Shown here: piece after piece, positions 47,452 to 61,983 of the stretch
Layout of the letters: each line of letters starts with the position of its first letter
Position numbering within the stretch: the first letter of the stretch is position 1
NCBI GenBank assembly: GCA_964016885.1
Contig: OZ024749.1
Location: 24,800,001 to 24,864,000, forward strand
Direction of reading: 5' to 3'
From: Eledone cirrhosa
Lineage: Eukaryota
Length of the DNA stretch: 64,000 nt
Position numbers and translations under genes: made by a program
The notes under the pieces: generated by a model
Database searches by the model: none
Told to the model about the DNA's origin: nothing
The model's input: the letters and a program-made list of their open reading frames with translations, nothing else

Positions 47452-47578
<127 letters not shown>

Positions 47579-47579
47579 T

Positions 47580-47616
<37 letters not shown>

Positions 47617-47843
47617 ATATTTATATATATATACATATTTATATATATATATATATATATGTAGATAAATCTACCAAGAGTTTACGGTAGTGTCCAATCC
47701 GTATGAAGAACTCAATGTATTCCGGATATCATGGAAAGAAGAAATGTAATGAAAAATCACTTTCGGTGAAAGATAAACGGTATACAGAGTCAAGATAAAA
47801 TATTAAACAAATAATGAATAAATAATTAAATAATGAATAAACA

Positions 47844-47991
47844 ATTATTTCTGAAGACGGCGTATATATGTGTTGGTATGTATATTTAATATTGATAGTT
47901 TGTATAATTTTGTATAATTTTGTACATAGATCTGTTGAATATGCATGCCAACTCTAACACATATATATCCTAGAAACGATCGTTAAATAAT
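47844..47991 (+). ncRNA. Hammerhead with a ~115 nt stem II
   Basis: attattt CTGAAGA cggcg tatatatgtgttgg ... ctaacacatatata tccta GAAA c gatc GTT aaataat. Confidence 0.7.
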
Positions 47992-48039
47992 GAACTTTTT
48001 TTGTTTAATATAAGGAATTGTTTATTCATTATTTGTTTA

Positions 48040-48097
<58 letters not shown>

Positions 48098-48099
<2 letters not shown>

Positions 48100-49020
48100 A
48101 ACGGAAAAAATGAAATGAAATTTCATTTCCCACTCTTAGTACGGCTGTTACTTAAATATAAGTATGTACACGTACATACATATATGTATACAGTCGTACA
48201 GTAGTATGTATATATATATATACATGCACACATATATATATATGTACGTATGGATTCACCGAACATTTATTATAATGCTCGGTGTGTTTGTAAACAAACA
48301 TCCCGTATTAAGCCGTAGTGTCCAGCAACCATCGTTGCTCGTATGTTCAACACTGGAAAAGGAACGCTGTACTAGTTTCAAGCTTATTAGCTATTGTCTG
48401 CAACGTATATCTTCTTGCCAGATTGTTGAACGTATATACTTACCTTATGCATATTAATGGCTGAGTAGCCCAATTTGCATATCGAGTGGGTTAATCAGCC
48501 GGGTGCACCGATGGTTGCTGGACACTACGGCTTAATACGGGATGTTTGTTTACAAAGACACCGATCATTATAATAAATGTTCGGTGAATCCATACGTATA
48601 TACGTGTATATATATGTGTGCATGTATCTATATATATATACATACTACTGTACGTCTGTATACATATATGTATGTAGGTGTACATACTTATATTTAAGTA
48701 ACAGCCGTACTAAGAGTGGGAAATGAAATTTCGTTTCATTTTTTCCGTTTATCGTTTTCGGTGCACCCTGCCGATTAACCCACTCGATATGCAAATAGGG
48801 CTACTCGGCCGTTAATATGCATAAGGTAAGTATCTACGTTCAACAATCTGGCAGGAAGGTATACGTTGTTGACGATAGCTAATAAGCTTGAAACTAGTAC
48901 AACGTTCCTTTGTCAGTGTTGAACAAACGAGCAACGATGGTTGCTGGACACTACGGCTTAATACGGGATTTTGTTTACAAACACACCGAGCATTATAATA
49001 AATGTTCGGTGAATCCATAC

Positions 49021-49056
<36 letters not shown>

Positions 49057-49130
49057 GTGCATGTATGTATATTTATATACATACTACTGTACGTCTGTAT
49101 ATATATATGTATGTACGTGTACATGCTTAT
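48098..49130. mobile_element. Inverted plus tandem arrangement of a ~400 bp non-coding unit with a hammerhead
   Basis: 48098-48500 is mirrored by 48510-48752 and 48770-49130. Confidence 0.85.
48864..48904 (+). ncRNA. Minimal hammerhead motif (decayed mirror copy at 48365-48405)
   Basis: cgttg TTGACGA t agct aata agct t GAAA c ta GTA caacg; palindromic stem III ACTAGT. Confidence 0.7.
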
Positions 49131-49484
49131 ATTTATATATATATATTTATATATATATATATATATATATAAAACTAGCTCCACGACAGTTAGTTCACCA
49201 TTAACGAGAGCAATTGTTTCACAATATGTGGAGCATCAGCTCGGATTAAATGAAGTTGTACGGAAAAGGAAAATGAACTGTACGAATACTGATGTGCAGA
49301 AACAGTCGCTTCCTCGGGGGAGGGGGGTAAATCCACGATAGATTGATGTGATAATGGACAGAATATTAGAGAAATTGTGGAGGTGAGTTGAATCTAAGAG
49401 GGAATAGGACCCAAGGCGGTGGATCAGACTTTGTGTGTAAATAAATAAATAAATATATATATATATATATATCAAAGTGGTCGT

Positions 49485-49640
49485 GGAGGTGCCACGGCAA
49501 AAAACGCACCCATCACTCACTGTGATTGAGGTTGGTGTTAGGAATGGCATCCATCTGTAGAAATCAAGCCAGAATCAGTTCCCCTCCCACCCTTACAAGC
49601 AGGGAAAAGCGGACGTAAAACGATGATGATGATGATGATA
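49485..49640 (+). mobile_element. 3' part of a second SINE family with a (GAT)n tail
   Basis: ggttggtgttaggaatggcatccatctgtagaaa...ggacgtaaaacgatgatgatgatgat. Confidence 0.6.
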
Positions 49641-49654
49641 ATATATATATATAT

Positions 49655-50228
49655 AAAAGGAAGTGTGGTAAGATACCAGGTGGACCATGACGCAACAGTG
49701 TACTCGATACTGAGGCTCGTAAAGTGGGAAATATAAAAAAGTGTCAGGACCACGACGGCTGAGCTCAGGCCGTTTCGACAGCTAGGTGTATATATATCTA
49801 TATATATCCAAACTGGACCTGAACAGATAAGGTCAGGTTTCTTGGGTATGTCACTATTTATAAAACAAATTTTGTATTTTATCTGATGATAAATTGGTAC
49901 CATTGAAATATATATAATAAAATAAATATGGTTTTATAAATATAGTTTCCATTTATTAATATCTTTGATATTATACTCCAGAAAACCCTTAAAGTGCTTC
50001 GAATCTGTTATAAATAAATTTGTTGAATCACCAACAAATTAAATATCTCTTTGCTTATATATATATATATATAACGAAGGAAATGTGGTAAGGAACCAGG
50101 TGGACCATAACGCACCAAAGTACTCAATACTTATGGTAGTAGAGTGGGTAATAGGAGCAAGTAAGACCCCGACGGCTGAGCTCAAGCCGTTTCGACAGCT
50201 AATTCTGTCGGGGTCTTACTTGTTCCTA
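49655..50228 (-). repeat. Two diverged ~130 bp copies (49655-49785 and 50075-50228) retaining the 3' half of a hammerhead
   Basis: Reverse complement: gacag aattag ctgtc GAAA cggc ttgagctca gcc GTC; the CUGANGA core is absent. Confidence 0.6.
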
Positions 50229-51244
50229 TATATATATATATGCTTTTACTTCCGTAACTTTTAAAAATAAACATATTATATGAAGTAATCTTAGAATTAT
50301 GTGTGAAAGTGTAAAATATTATATTTGGCTGGCACTCGTCGTAAGGTTCAACTGTCACTGTGACCTACAGCATTCTTTTCCCGTTATCTTTGCATCCCTA
50401 AATCGATTTTTGCTGACGTTCATCACTATTTATATTTCAAAGGCGTTAAAATAACGCGAGTGCTTGTAAGTGGTAGTTGAACATGCTAGAAACATCAACA
50501 ATGTAACTGCATAAATGACGCCAGTCGAATACACGCTGTATAACCTAGCAATGGATAAAGCTGTTTGAAAATATGGAGTCGAGTGATGATTATGTTTGGA
50601 AGTCTTTGATACAAGATATGCATGATCACTGTTTCTATGTGGTTAAACAACAACATAAACGACGTCTTATTTATTTGTTTTATGAACTGATAACATTTGT
50701 TTCATCATGCTTCCATTTATTTTTATATCAAAACGGACTTGTGGATTACTTAATCACCAACAGGTCACTTGTTCCAAAGACTTTCCATGGATTGCTTCGT
50801 GTTCCCACAACCATGACAAACAAAATTTCATCCACTCCAAGAGTCTGGTAAAAACAGTGAATGGAAACTAAAGGGATGTCTTCATATAGTTAAATGAATT
50901 TAGGAAGAATAAAATATAGAAAAGGAATAATAGAAATCATTTTAGCAGGGATTTCTACCATCGGTGCATCTCTGCAACCAAGCAGAATGGAACGGATGCA
51001 CCAACCACTTTAGAGAGAACATATGAACTTGATAATTAATGCTGTATCACTTATTTTAAATGTACAGGGCCGTCTCAAATATAATTATATCAGAATCTAC
51101 AGTGACCCTTAAAATACTTGACAGGTTTGCGCTTTAGACAGGGTGGTCATGTTTGGAAGACAGTTTCTTATTTACTCCTTTCTTTGGAGGTTCATTTTTT
51201 CTTTCGTTACAGGCATGGCTATGTTTTTAAGCGTTTCTTTCTCT

Positions 51245-51497
51245 GTTGTTGGTTGTTGGTGTTGTTGTTGTTGTTGTTGTTGTTGTTCCTCTTCTTTTCT
51301 TCTTCTTCTTCTTCTTTGTTCTTTGTTCTTTCTACTTTCTTCTGTCTTCTTTCTTCTTCCTCTTTCTTCTTCCTCTTCTTTCCTTTCCTCTTATTTTTCT
51401 TCTTCTTCTTCTTCTTCTTCTTCTTCTTCTTCTTCTTCTTCTTCTTCTTCTTCTTCTTCTTCTTCTTCTTCTTCTTCTTCTTCTTCTTTTTTCTTCT
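51245..51497. repeat. (GTT)n and (TTC)n microsatellite
   Basis: Direct observation. Confidence 0.95.
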
Positions 51498-53079
51498 GTA
51501 TAAGCCTGTTGCTGTCTCAGGGTTTATCGTAGTTCGCCTGATCGTGATATTCAGATGAAATACCAATCACCATATTCCAGATCCCACCAGATGGAGGTCG
51601 ACAACTTGGACCTCATCAGCATACAACTGCTAACATGATCATTGAACGGCCAAAACCTTGTGAATTAAATTTAGTAAATTTTCTATCATATATGCACACG
51701 TGGAAATTACTGAGTGTTGGAATGTATGGCCCCGACGTGTGTTTCTACGCGTCTGTGCTTATATACGTGTTTGTATGTTTATTTTGTGTGCGCGAGTATA
51801 TGTATAATTCCATGCGTCTGTGTGTATTGTTTTGTGTGTGTGTATTGTTTTGTGTGCGATGTGTCTGTGTTTACGTGTGTGTGTGTGTGTGTGTGTGTCC
51901 TGTCTCGAATGTGCGTGTGTGTCTGTATTTACAAGCGTGTGTGTATGTATTTAGTGTGCGAGTGTGCCTGTGTTTACATGCATGTGTATGTTGTTTTGTG
52001 TGCATGTGTGTCTGTATTTACAAGCGTGTCTGCATGTATTTAGAGTTCTTGTTTGTATGTATTTAGTGTGCGTGTTTGTCTGTGTTTACATGTGTGTATG
52101 TATGTTGTATGTGTGCGTGTTCCTCTGTGTTTACAAGCGTGTATGTACATGTTTAGTGTGCGTATGTGTCTGTGTTTACACGTGTGTATGCATGTGTTTA
52201 GTGTTCGTGTTTTTATGTGTTTAGTGTACGTTTGTGTATGTGTTTACATGCGTGTATGTATGTGTATACAGTGCGTGTTTGTCTGTGTTTACATGTGTGT
52301 ATGTATGTGTATACTGTGCGTGTTTGTCTGTGTTTACAAGTATGTTTGTGTTTACTGTGCGTGTTTGTCTGTGTTTACAAGTGTGTATGTGTTTAGTATG
52401 CCTGTGTGTGAGTGTGCTTGTGTATGTTATTCTATATTTCTCAGTGTTTCTTTACGTGAAATTAATGCTGCCCTTGATCTAATTATACGTGAGTTAAATG
52501 AAACAAATTTTCAATCACATAAAATTACCTAGATCAATATCGTCACCAAAATCGAAATCGAAAAACAGGGAAACGGAAATTGTAACTTCATTTAATCGAT
52601 AGAAATATAGCAATACTTTTTGTTATTGATCTTGGTATCTTTAATTAGAATTTACATCGTAATACATCAACAATGTTAAACATCTTTTATAGGATCCGTT
52701 ACTCCATTCAACAGTAAAATTGTTTCTAACATTATTACAAAGCACAGACTTGTTGGTAAGGAGTTAATCCATGAAATCAAATGGTACTCTATTTACTCAA
52801 ACTAATCGAAACAATATGTTACTTATCTTTTATGTGATTTTTTGATCTAATGCGAGCGTTTCTCAACCGGTGTTACCCGGAAACTTATGGTTCCACAAGT
52901 GCTGTCTAAGGGTTCACCGAGAAAATGTGCTAAATAAGCTAATGGATTTAAATATTAATAATTAATTTGACGCTAAACTCCGCCAGTCGCAGACTGCGCA
53001 TCAACATGAGATATTTTTCGTTCACCAGCAGCCGAGTTTAAAGAGTAAAGATCAAGTCCAATCCATAGATTGACATTAT

Positions 53080-53545
53080 CTAGCCATCGTTTTGGCTGCC
53101 GGCCTCTGCTTCTCTACCAGCCAACCTTCCTTCCAGGCACAACCTACTCACACCATAAATTGATCCTTTTATATAGCCGTATAGTTTGAGTACTCTTGAC
53201 TGGACAATTGATGTAATTGGTCTAGGTTTGGTAATGTTGAGCAGCTCACTGATACATATACGGTCGCTGACCCGCTTGCCATTCATAAGTCTCATGATGT
53301 GGTTCTGGAATGTAGTGAGCTTCTGAAGTGACCTTATCGTCCAAATAACACAGTCAAGACCATATAACACAACTGGTAGGATGTTAGTATCGAAGAACTT
53401 AGCCTTCGAATGATAGGAAACTCGTTTTGATGTTAGTACTTCCTTGTTCTTGTTGAGAGCTGCCCAACCTAGAGCGATGCGATACTGCACAGCAACCATT
53501 CCATTGCTGCTTGATGATAGTTTATGACCGAGATATAATGGTATA
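53080..53545 (-). pseudogene. RTE-type LINE, RT C-terminal fragment
   Basis: YLG...VQYRIALGWAAL....VL.SK......KAKFFDTNILPVVLYG..VIW.....QKL..FQNHIMR. Confidence 0.75.
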
Positions 53546-54697
53546 TAATACTTTTTCAGCAGGGTTTCCTTGAGACATGAAAGCTGTTTCATTTTCGATA
53601 TATAACGGTCTTAACGTATATACGAGTAAATATTTTCTGATTGTGCAAATATTTCAATATCTTGAGGATAAACGGAAAGTTTTCAATACATTTCGCGTCA
53701 ACGCATAGAACGCATGCGCTATCGTTTCCCCGTCCAACTAAAATAATATTCCTCAAAATATTATATATTTTCTGAAATGGCTCCCCTTGAGACATATCAG
53801 AGGTTATTGTTCAGGCCCAAAGTGACATCTTTATTATTATGCATGTACTTATATCTCTTCAAAAAAGTTAAACTTACTGGGCAAACACTTTCAACCAATA
53901 TTTACTGGGAGCCATCCTAACACAATATAAATATGAAGACAGTTCTAGACGCTCTATGTAGTCTGTCAACGCATCAGTGCTTACACATCTAAAAACTTCA
54001 CCAAAATCTAACAACGACGAACAGAATGAAAACAATAACTAATTCTTCGTAAAGGAGATGATCAAATTATTAACAACTATATCACAAAAGGAATTTGTGC
54101 AAACCTCTTGTATATCATGAAATACTTACGAAAAGTTATAATTTAATCCGACCAGGTTCTGAGTGTTGCATATACATTTCTCAATAACATTAATGGAGCA
54201 TTATTTTCTTGACCTTTTTCCAAAGTAAACATCCATCTTGTTGCAGAAGTGTCTTGAACAAAAGGCCAGGTTCTCGCCAAATGTGATGTGACAAGTTTAA
54301 AAGATAAATTACTGAAAACGAAAAGCGTGTAGTTACATATATATCGTTTACCATGACATCTAACAAAAGGCAAATAGATTTATATATTTCCTGCTTTCAA
54401 TTCAGAGGTGATGTTTCTTCAAGTTATTTTCTCTTCTAAAATACTACTGGTACAGTTAAATCAAATAGAGTGTAAGAAAGAAGCAAAAGTAACATAACTA
54501 AGAAAACACACAAAATAATAATAAGAACAATATCAACGATAACAACACCACCAACAACAACAGCAATAATGACATCAAAATCAAACTAATGGTTATTTCC
54601 TGGCATTGGTTTTGAATTAATAGCCTTTTCTTATACGTTTGTTTTGCAATTTATCTAGTCACGTTTGAAAGGTAAATGTGACAATGATTCTTGATAA

Positions 54698-54862
54698 ACG
54701 GGTAGAGGGTCGACGCCATGTGTTGACGCATATAGTTACGGCCCTTGCCATTCTGAGTTCAAATCCCGCCGAGGTTAACTTTGGCGTTCATCCTTACTTA
54801 AAATAAAGTACCAGTAATGCACTGTGTAATTGCTGGCCTTGTGCCAAAAGTAGAAACAATTA
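54698..54862 (+). mobile_element. tRNA-derived SINE copy with an internal deletion
   Basis: ctgagttcaaatcccgccgaggttaactttggcgttcatcctt...aattgctggccttgtgccaaaagtagaaacaatt. Confidence 0.85.
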
Positions 54863-55049
54863 TATATTATTTAGTTTGATCGGGGACTATCCTAGTTCCC
54901 TAGTTCGATTCAAACTTGTATAATGTTAACGTTTCCTACATTGTTGTTGTTATTGCTCGGCTAAACTCTAAGTCTCTCGAACGTGAAGCATTTATTTTGC
55001 CTATTCCAATAGCTAGGATATATGCGGCTAACGACATCTGCATAGAAAT

Positions 55050-55257
55050 CCAGCCACCGATGTTGTCCAAGGAAAAGGCCATTGCCGATACAGCATGGCA
55101 TCAGTGACATGGCAACTCATTTCTACAGCTCTGTAAACAGGAGCATCGTGAAATAAAGTGTTTTACTCAAGTACACAACCCCTACCCGGTCCGGGAATCA
55201 AACTCACCAACTCACGAATGCAAGCCCAACGCTCTAACAACAAGAGCATGCGCCTTA
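55050..55257 (-). mobile_element. Old tRNA-derived SINE of a third family
   Basis: Reverse complement has tRNA-like boxes (gttgttagagcgttgggc...gagtttgattcccgg) followed by ttgtgtacttgagtaaaacacttta. Confidence 0.55.
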
Positions 55258-57204
55258 ACTATACCTATAGCGAGAAGGCCATTACGTTATTACGAATCAG
55301 CAACGTTTCAGTTAAACGTGTTTACAAACGTATGTTGATTCTCAAATAGCACTGTTATGTTCGTCTCAAAGATTAAGGTTGACTGAATATTTGAATATTA
55401 CACATTTTTCTAGGTGAGTGGATAAGAACAAAGTGTCATACAAAGGGGCACAACTCACCACGTAATGAGGAAAACAAACTCATGAAATTACGATTGTGCG
55501 TTCAATTTCATTATTGAAATAAACAATTACGTTATATGTTCTCACTATAGATACTAACACCTTAACAGAACATACCCCATGTATTATATACTAGCTAAAT
55601 AAATTTACATATGCAGAATGATGGTGGTTATAGTACAGCAATAAATCTAACGTAAACTAACAAATAAAAGTATCTCAAGAAATAGAATGCCTAACCATAT
55701 GGGAATAAATTAGGAGCAGATATAAAAACAGACAAGGAAGGAAGGCAACTGTGTTGTTTTGACAATTGTCGTAAACATGTTGAAAGGGACGATGTGATTC
55801 AACACACAGTGAAATTTATTGGGAAATATGTAAGAAATGTATGGCATGGTAGTAAAAGAAATAAATAAAAAGGTATGAGGAATATCAAAGAGAAAGCGCA
55901 ATGAAGAACGGCCATGATAACATGATATTGAGGTGAAGAGAGGGGGAGGGGTAAGTGTTGCCATGCAGACATGACAACCGTTGGAAAACTAATTGACAGC
56001 GTGCGATGGATCGAATACATGATCAACTGATTGATTAATTTTACCATATCATATCAGATTTCAGTTGAAATGGAGAGAAAAATTGGGGGTTAAGTAGAGA
56101 TTTTCTAAGTAGTGAGCTTGAAACGGTATGGAAAATGAAAATGACCATAATTTGTTTTGTGATATGAGAAGAAATTGGGAATGGTACCAAAAATATTAAA
56201 GACTTGAAAAGCGACATTGGCATTGTGTCTAAGATTTGTTGAAAGGCAATAAAATATTAATTCTTTATTGTTGGAATAAATCTCAAAGACTCCGCTGAAA
56301 CAAAAGGCTTGTTTTATAAAACTGTTCCATGTATTATACAGTAGATGAACATGTGTAAATATAATTTGCTCCGATTCAAAATGTTTTTGGCGTCAGAGTG
56401 CTGGAATTGGCAGGAAAACGTACGAATAGCCAGCACATTCATTGTAAAAGCTAACACAAGAAAGCATTCGTCAATCATGGTGTGTATAAAAGGTGTAGTG
56501 TTGGTGGAACGAAAGGTTGTGTGTGTATGAAATTTGTGGTGTGGAGCAAAAGGTCATACCGTAGATACATAGGTGTTAAGATTATGGACGTCCGTACAAG
56601 CATTTACTGAGTTCCAATTCCTACTGTGAAGGTTTGTTGTAGAGCGCAATACTTCATTTATGGCACATGTCAGAAAATCTGTGTCTATGTTAGATTTTGC
56701 TCCCCTATTTCTCTCTTTCATTCTTTCTCTCAATCTCTCTTTGCATCATATATTTCTATGCATGTATACATGTGTATATATATATATATATATATCTGGG
56801 AGAGATGACCGCTTAGCCTTTGTCAAGGCAGAATTCTAGGAGAAGGAAAACCCTGATATAGCACCTGCAACTCTGATGGTATCCAATGATGTTGACGTGT
56901 TCTTCTTTTTGCTAAATATCATCTTGGTTAAGACAGTGGGACTGGCTTTGTGCAGTGCCTTTGCTCACTATAAAATCTTCACGGCACAGGCATTGCTTTA
57001 TATCTGGAGGTCTATGTGCACTTGTCATCACAGGGTACCATGGGCCCAGCACTATGTGTCAGTAATTGTCACAAGTGCAGTGTTTGTACCAGAGTTTTCA
57101 AGTCGCTGGCTGCACTAAAAAGTCACACTCGTTCAGCGCAACGGCAGGGGATCTCCTACATGGATATAAAGTAGTGGCCGTACTCGAAAACGAGTTGGCA
57201 GCCA

Positions 57205-57269
<65 letters not shown>

Positions 57270-57305
57270 TATATGTATATATATATATATATATATTTAT
57301 ATATA

Positions 57306-57453
57306 CGTTCATCCCGGGTTCAATCGGCGGGAACCACAGTAAGTAAGGTACGCAATACAAAGCAGAGTATACATGTTTAATATAGAAAAGCTCCTACAGG
57401 ACTAGGAATGTTCCATTTTGATGGTTTCACCCGAATGAAACATTTCTTGTCCT
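57306..57453. mobile_element. Decayed copy of the 32.7 kb mini-element with an inverted hammerhead remnant
   Basis: ccgggttcaatcggcgggaaccacagtaagtaaggtacgcaatac; ctacaggactagg; cgaatgaaaca. Confidence 0.7.
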
Positions 57454-57809
57454 ATATATATATATATATATATATAAAGGGATACCAAATTATCGTTATA
57501 AGTAATCCAGTAAAAGTTTGTGAGTACTCTGGATTGTGGATAGTTTTAACGTATGGCGTTGTTTGACTCAACCATACGTTTCCTTAGTTAGTTAGCGAGT
57601 TCACGCGAATTTCTATGCAGGTCATTCCGATGACTTGATTAGGCATACACTCTATTTAAGGTCAAGTGACACAACTTCGAGGGATTAGAGGCCTTTAGAA
57701 TCACACTGATCAACGAAACAATTGTTAATACTGTAAATAAAATCCTTTTTGTACTGTTGACCATGTTATTCTTCACTCTTTCACTATATATATATATAAA
57801 CATATGTAT

Positions 57810-57857
<48 letters not shown>

Positions 57858-57860
57858 ATA

Positions 57861-57946
<86 letters not shown>

Positions 57947-57947
57947 G

Positions 57948-58950
57948 AATTAGTATATTTACCAACATATTGCGTACAGATGTACACTAATGCTAGCAAA
58001 TACATAAGTTATGTCATAGTACCTAGAAGGTTCTATGGAGGGGGATGCAGAACAATTATATGAAATACGTAAAATAAGAAAGTTTTAAAAATAAAAAATT
58101 AACTTACTAAAATGTTCACTCCAACTAATTAGTTTCTGTAATGGGATAAAGATAGTTACGCAATGTAACTATCGAGAATTCATTACGTCATCAGGGAGTC
58201 TATTCTCAGCTAAGTTCCCAGGAAATGCGCGGACACTAGGGACTCGGGAACTTAGCTGAGAATAGACTCCCTGATGACGTAATGAATTCTCGATGGTTAC
58301 ATTGCGTAACTATCTTTATCCCATTACAGAAACTAATTAGTTGGAGTGAAAATTTTAGTAAGTAAGTTAATATTTAATTTTTAAAATTTTCTTATTTTAC
58401 GTCTTTCATATAATTGTTCTGCATCCCCCTGCATAGAACCACCTAGGTACTATGACATAACTTATGTATTTGCTAGCATTAGTGTACATCTGTACGCATA
58501 TGTTGGTAAATATATTAATTATCTATATTTATCTTCAAATTATTTATTTGTTGAGCACACTTGCCAAATCCACTGCTAAATCAATGTAGTGGTAGTAGGC
58601 TCTTCTCATAATACCATCCCACTCCTACCGACTAGCCTCAGTGTCACGTGATTGATTCTTTAGAATCTGCCACTTGACCAGAGACAGTGAATTTTTTTAG
58701 TGCTATGGAATTCAGTCCCCGCTAGCTGTTCCATCCACCGAATTATTATTTTTATATGAGTCCTTAGTGTCTGCGCATTGCCTGGGAACTTAGTTGAGAA
58801 TAGACTTCCTGATGACGTAATGAATTCTTGATGGTTACATTGCGTAACTATCTTTATCACATTACAGAAACTAATTAGTCGGAGTGAAAATTTTAGTAAG
58901 TAAGTTAATTTTTTATTTTTAAAATGTTCTTATTTTACGTCTTTCATATA
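57948..58950. mobile_element. ~570 bp foldback (57948-58520) plus a third partial unit (~58775-58950), with three hammerheads
   Basis: Arms mirror around ~58230; aatagactccctgatgacgtaatgaattc occurs three times. Confidence 0.9.
58267..58346 (+). ncRNA. Hammerhead with extended stem II (other copies at 58119-58198 minus and 58805-58884 plus)
   Basis: ctcc CTGATGA c gtaatg [gatggttac attgc gtaactatc] cattac a GAAA ctaatta GTT ggag; the third copy has a GTC triplet. Confidence 0.85.
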
Positions 58951-59011
58951 TATATATATATATATAAATATATATATAAATATATATATATATATAACTA
59001 TATATATATAT

Positions 59012-60903
59012 ATTTATTAAAATAACAGATTAAAGTTTAAGCAAAGAATCGCTGCTTTCACCCTTAACGGGATCTTCTGAAACTAACAAAGTCAATCTGT
59101 AAACGCAGAAGTGAATATTTCAATAAACGTTGCAACCGGAGGAAGACAGGAAGACGATACTTTGGTTCGTGGAAACGTTCCCTGGCAAAGAACGGGAAAA
59201 AACGAATATAATACGTCATTAATAGGAGCGGTGAAAAACGATTACGCGCAAAGACAGAACAACGTTTATGGTATAAAAGAAGTTGTGGACTAATGTTCTC
59301 ATAGGATGTTCATAGAGACGTTCTCTCGGAATGAACGGAAAAAACAAAGATAATACGTCGTATGTGGAGCGTTGAGAACAATTGCACGCAAAGACAAAAC
59401 CACGTAAATGGTATAGCTGAAGTCGACGACTAAAATTCTAACTAGGAAACCGAATGAATCTCCGCTTCAGAGTTAAGAATAAAGTAAATAAAATACAATC
59501 CGGGAAATGCCTCTCTAGTAACATTGTCTACAAATGTAAGCTTGAAACACCCACGTCCCGGAGGGCCTACATAGGGTTAACCGCCAATAGATTCAAGCAC
59601 CGTCTTTACATGCATACCCATTCTTTTCGTTACCCTCTAAAAAGGAATATGACGTCACTTTCAGCTTATATCTGGAGTCTAAAAGACAACCACACCCAAT
59701 ATAAGTTACACTGGGAGATCCTAGCTAGGGCTAGAACGTATAACGGAATAAAAGACCATGTGACCTCTGCGCCGCTGAGGCCCTGGAAATACTCTACGCC
59801 ACAGACCACATCTTAAACAAAAAATCTAAGGCAATTTCGGCTTGTAAACATAAATTGCACAAAACTTTCCTGTATTACAGACCCACGTTATACCCTAACG
59901 GATAGTACGATCTATACGTGGATATTTTACGTCTTGATGTGGTAGCTAAGTATATGTTTTGTTTATACCATTACCTATTTGCATAGGTATATATATATTA
60001 CCTGTATGTTTTGTGAAGGTACGTATACTTTCTTGTACGTATATTTGATTGTATATGTTATGCCGTATAATGTTTTATCTATTCTGGTACATATGGTTTG
60101 GTTATGTGTATACGGGAGTTTTGCGTCTGTGTGAGTATGCAGGTTCGTACGAATGTTGGGTTTGTGTATATGTGTACTTCATGTTTTGGTTGACTTACGT
60201 CTCTGAACATTAGTGTATTTACATGTAGTTATGTGTGTGCGCTTGTTATATACGTATTTATTTATATACGTTTATTTAATTATTTATTTATTTGTATACA
60301 CGCACACACACACACACACATATTTATGTGTGGGTGGTTTTGTATACCTATGGCAAGTGTTTTCGCGTATGCTTGGTATGTACGTATTTGCATGCGTGTA
60401 TGTATTTATTTAATTTCTATTACCTCTGTATTGTATTTTATTTACTTTATTCTTAACTCTGAAGCGGAGATTCATTCGGTTTCCTAGTTAGAATTTTAGT
60501 CTATGACTTCAGCTATACCATTTACGTGTTTTTTTCTTTGCGTGCAATTGTACTCAACGATCCACATAGTTTTTTCCGTTCATTGCCAGAGAACGTCTTT
60601 ATGAACCACCTAAGAGAACATTAGTCCACGACTTCTTTTATACCATAAACGTGGTTCTGTCTTTGCGTGTAATTGTTTTTCAACGCCCCTATTAATGACG
60701 TATTTTATTCGTTTTTTCCCGTTCTTTGCCAGGGAACGTTTCCACGAACCAAAGTATCGTCTTCCTGTCTTCCTCCGGTTGCAACGTTTTTTGAAGTATC
60801 CACTTCTGCGTTTACAGATTGACTTTGTTAGTTTCAGAAGATCCCGTTAAGGGTGAAAGCAGCGATTCTTTGTTTAAACTTTAATCTGTTATTTTAATAA
60901 ATA
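59012..60903 (+). mobile_element. Penelope-like element E, heavily 5'-truncated, with inverted arms (59012-59497 and 60431-60903)
   Basis: The arms are diverged reverse complements that enclose a GIY-YIG fragment. Confidence 0.9.
59498..59904 (+). pseudogene. PLE E GIY-YIG endonuclease fragment
   Basis: GKCLSSNIVYKC...AYIGLTANRFKHRLYMH..SF...TSLSAYIWSLK; after a frameshift, CDLCAAE...LNKK..CKH. Confidence 0.88.
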
Positions 60904-61018
60904 TTTTCTCTACGGTTCTTATATATTTGATATATATTTATCCTTATCGAGCCCTCTTTGGATTTTAGTCTTTCAAATTTATTATTATTACTATATATAT
61001 ATATATAAACATATGTAC

Positions 61019-61049
<31 letters not shown>

Positions 61050-61139
61050 TATACATATATATATATTTGTATATATGTTTATATATATATATATATATAA
61101 ACATATGTACATAAATATATATATATATATATATATGGA

Positions 61140-61254
61140 AATTTCGTTTCTGAATTTGTTTAGCAAGATTCTTTATCTGAAATCGTGTGTTGAAACCGAT
61201 ATTGTTATACTTTGTTTCTTATTGGCAACATGACCCTCCCAAAGTATAACAATA
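61140..61254. mobile_element. Miniature foldback of the extreme 3' tail of PLE B
   Basis: 61141-61213 is the reverse complement of ~35895-35967, followed by forward tttcttattggcaacatgaccctcccaaagtataacaat (35870-35907). Confidence 0.85.
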
Positions 61255-61378
61255 TATATGGAAAGTTATATTTAAATTGTTGGGTTACAACTAGTAAATA
61301 TTTATAACTGATATAAAAGCACTCGACAAGTATTTGGAGTATATTTGCAATATTAATGATAGTTTCCATTTATTTAAT

Positions 61379-61413
<35 letters not shown>

Positions 61414-61983
61414 ATATATACAAATATATATATATGTATATATATATATAAAAACATATGTACAAATATATATATATATATATATATGTGTATATATATA
61501 TATTTATAAACATATGTGCATATATATATATGTATATATATATATAAACATATGTACAAATATATATATATATAAACATATGTTCAAATATGTATATATA
61601 TATAAACATAGGTACAAATATGTATATGTATATATATATATAAACATATGTACACATATATATATATATGTGTATATATATATATACATATGTACAAATA
61701 TATATATGTATATATATATATAAACATATGTACAAATATATATATGTATATGTATATATATATAAACGTATGTACAAATATATATATATATGAACAAGTA
61801 TATATATATATGTGTGTATATATATATATATATTTAAAAGAATAGAGGTGTAACACACGAGTTATGATATATTGGTAAAAGGAAAAGAAAATTCTGACAA
61901 ATTGTTCCCAGTGAAAAATAGTTTAATTAGGAATAAGTAAAAATTAGTAATAGTATTGGTTAATATTCAGTTTTGATTTTAAG

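Noticed and set aside
52855-52930. gtttctcaaccggtg resembling a hAT/MITE terminal repeat
   Set aside because: No partner inverted repeat or target-site duplication identified
60825-60870. CAGAAGA tccc gttaa gggt GAAA motif in the PLE E arms
   Set aside because: Core is altered and stem I and the cleavage triplet cannot be assigned; probably a decayed hammerhead but not supportable
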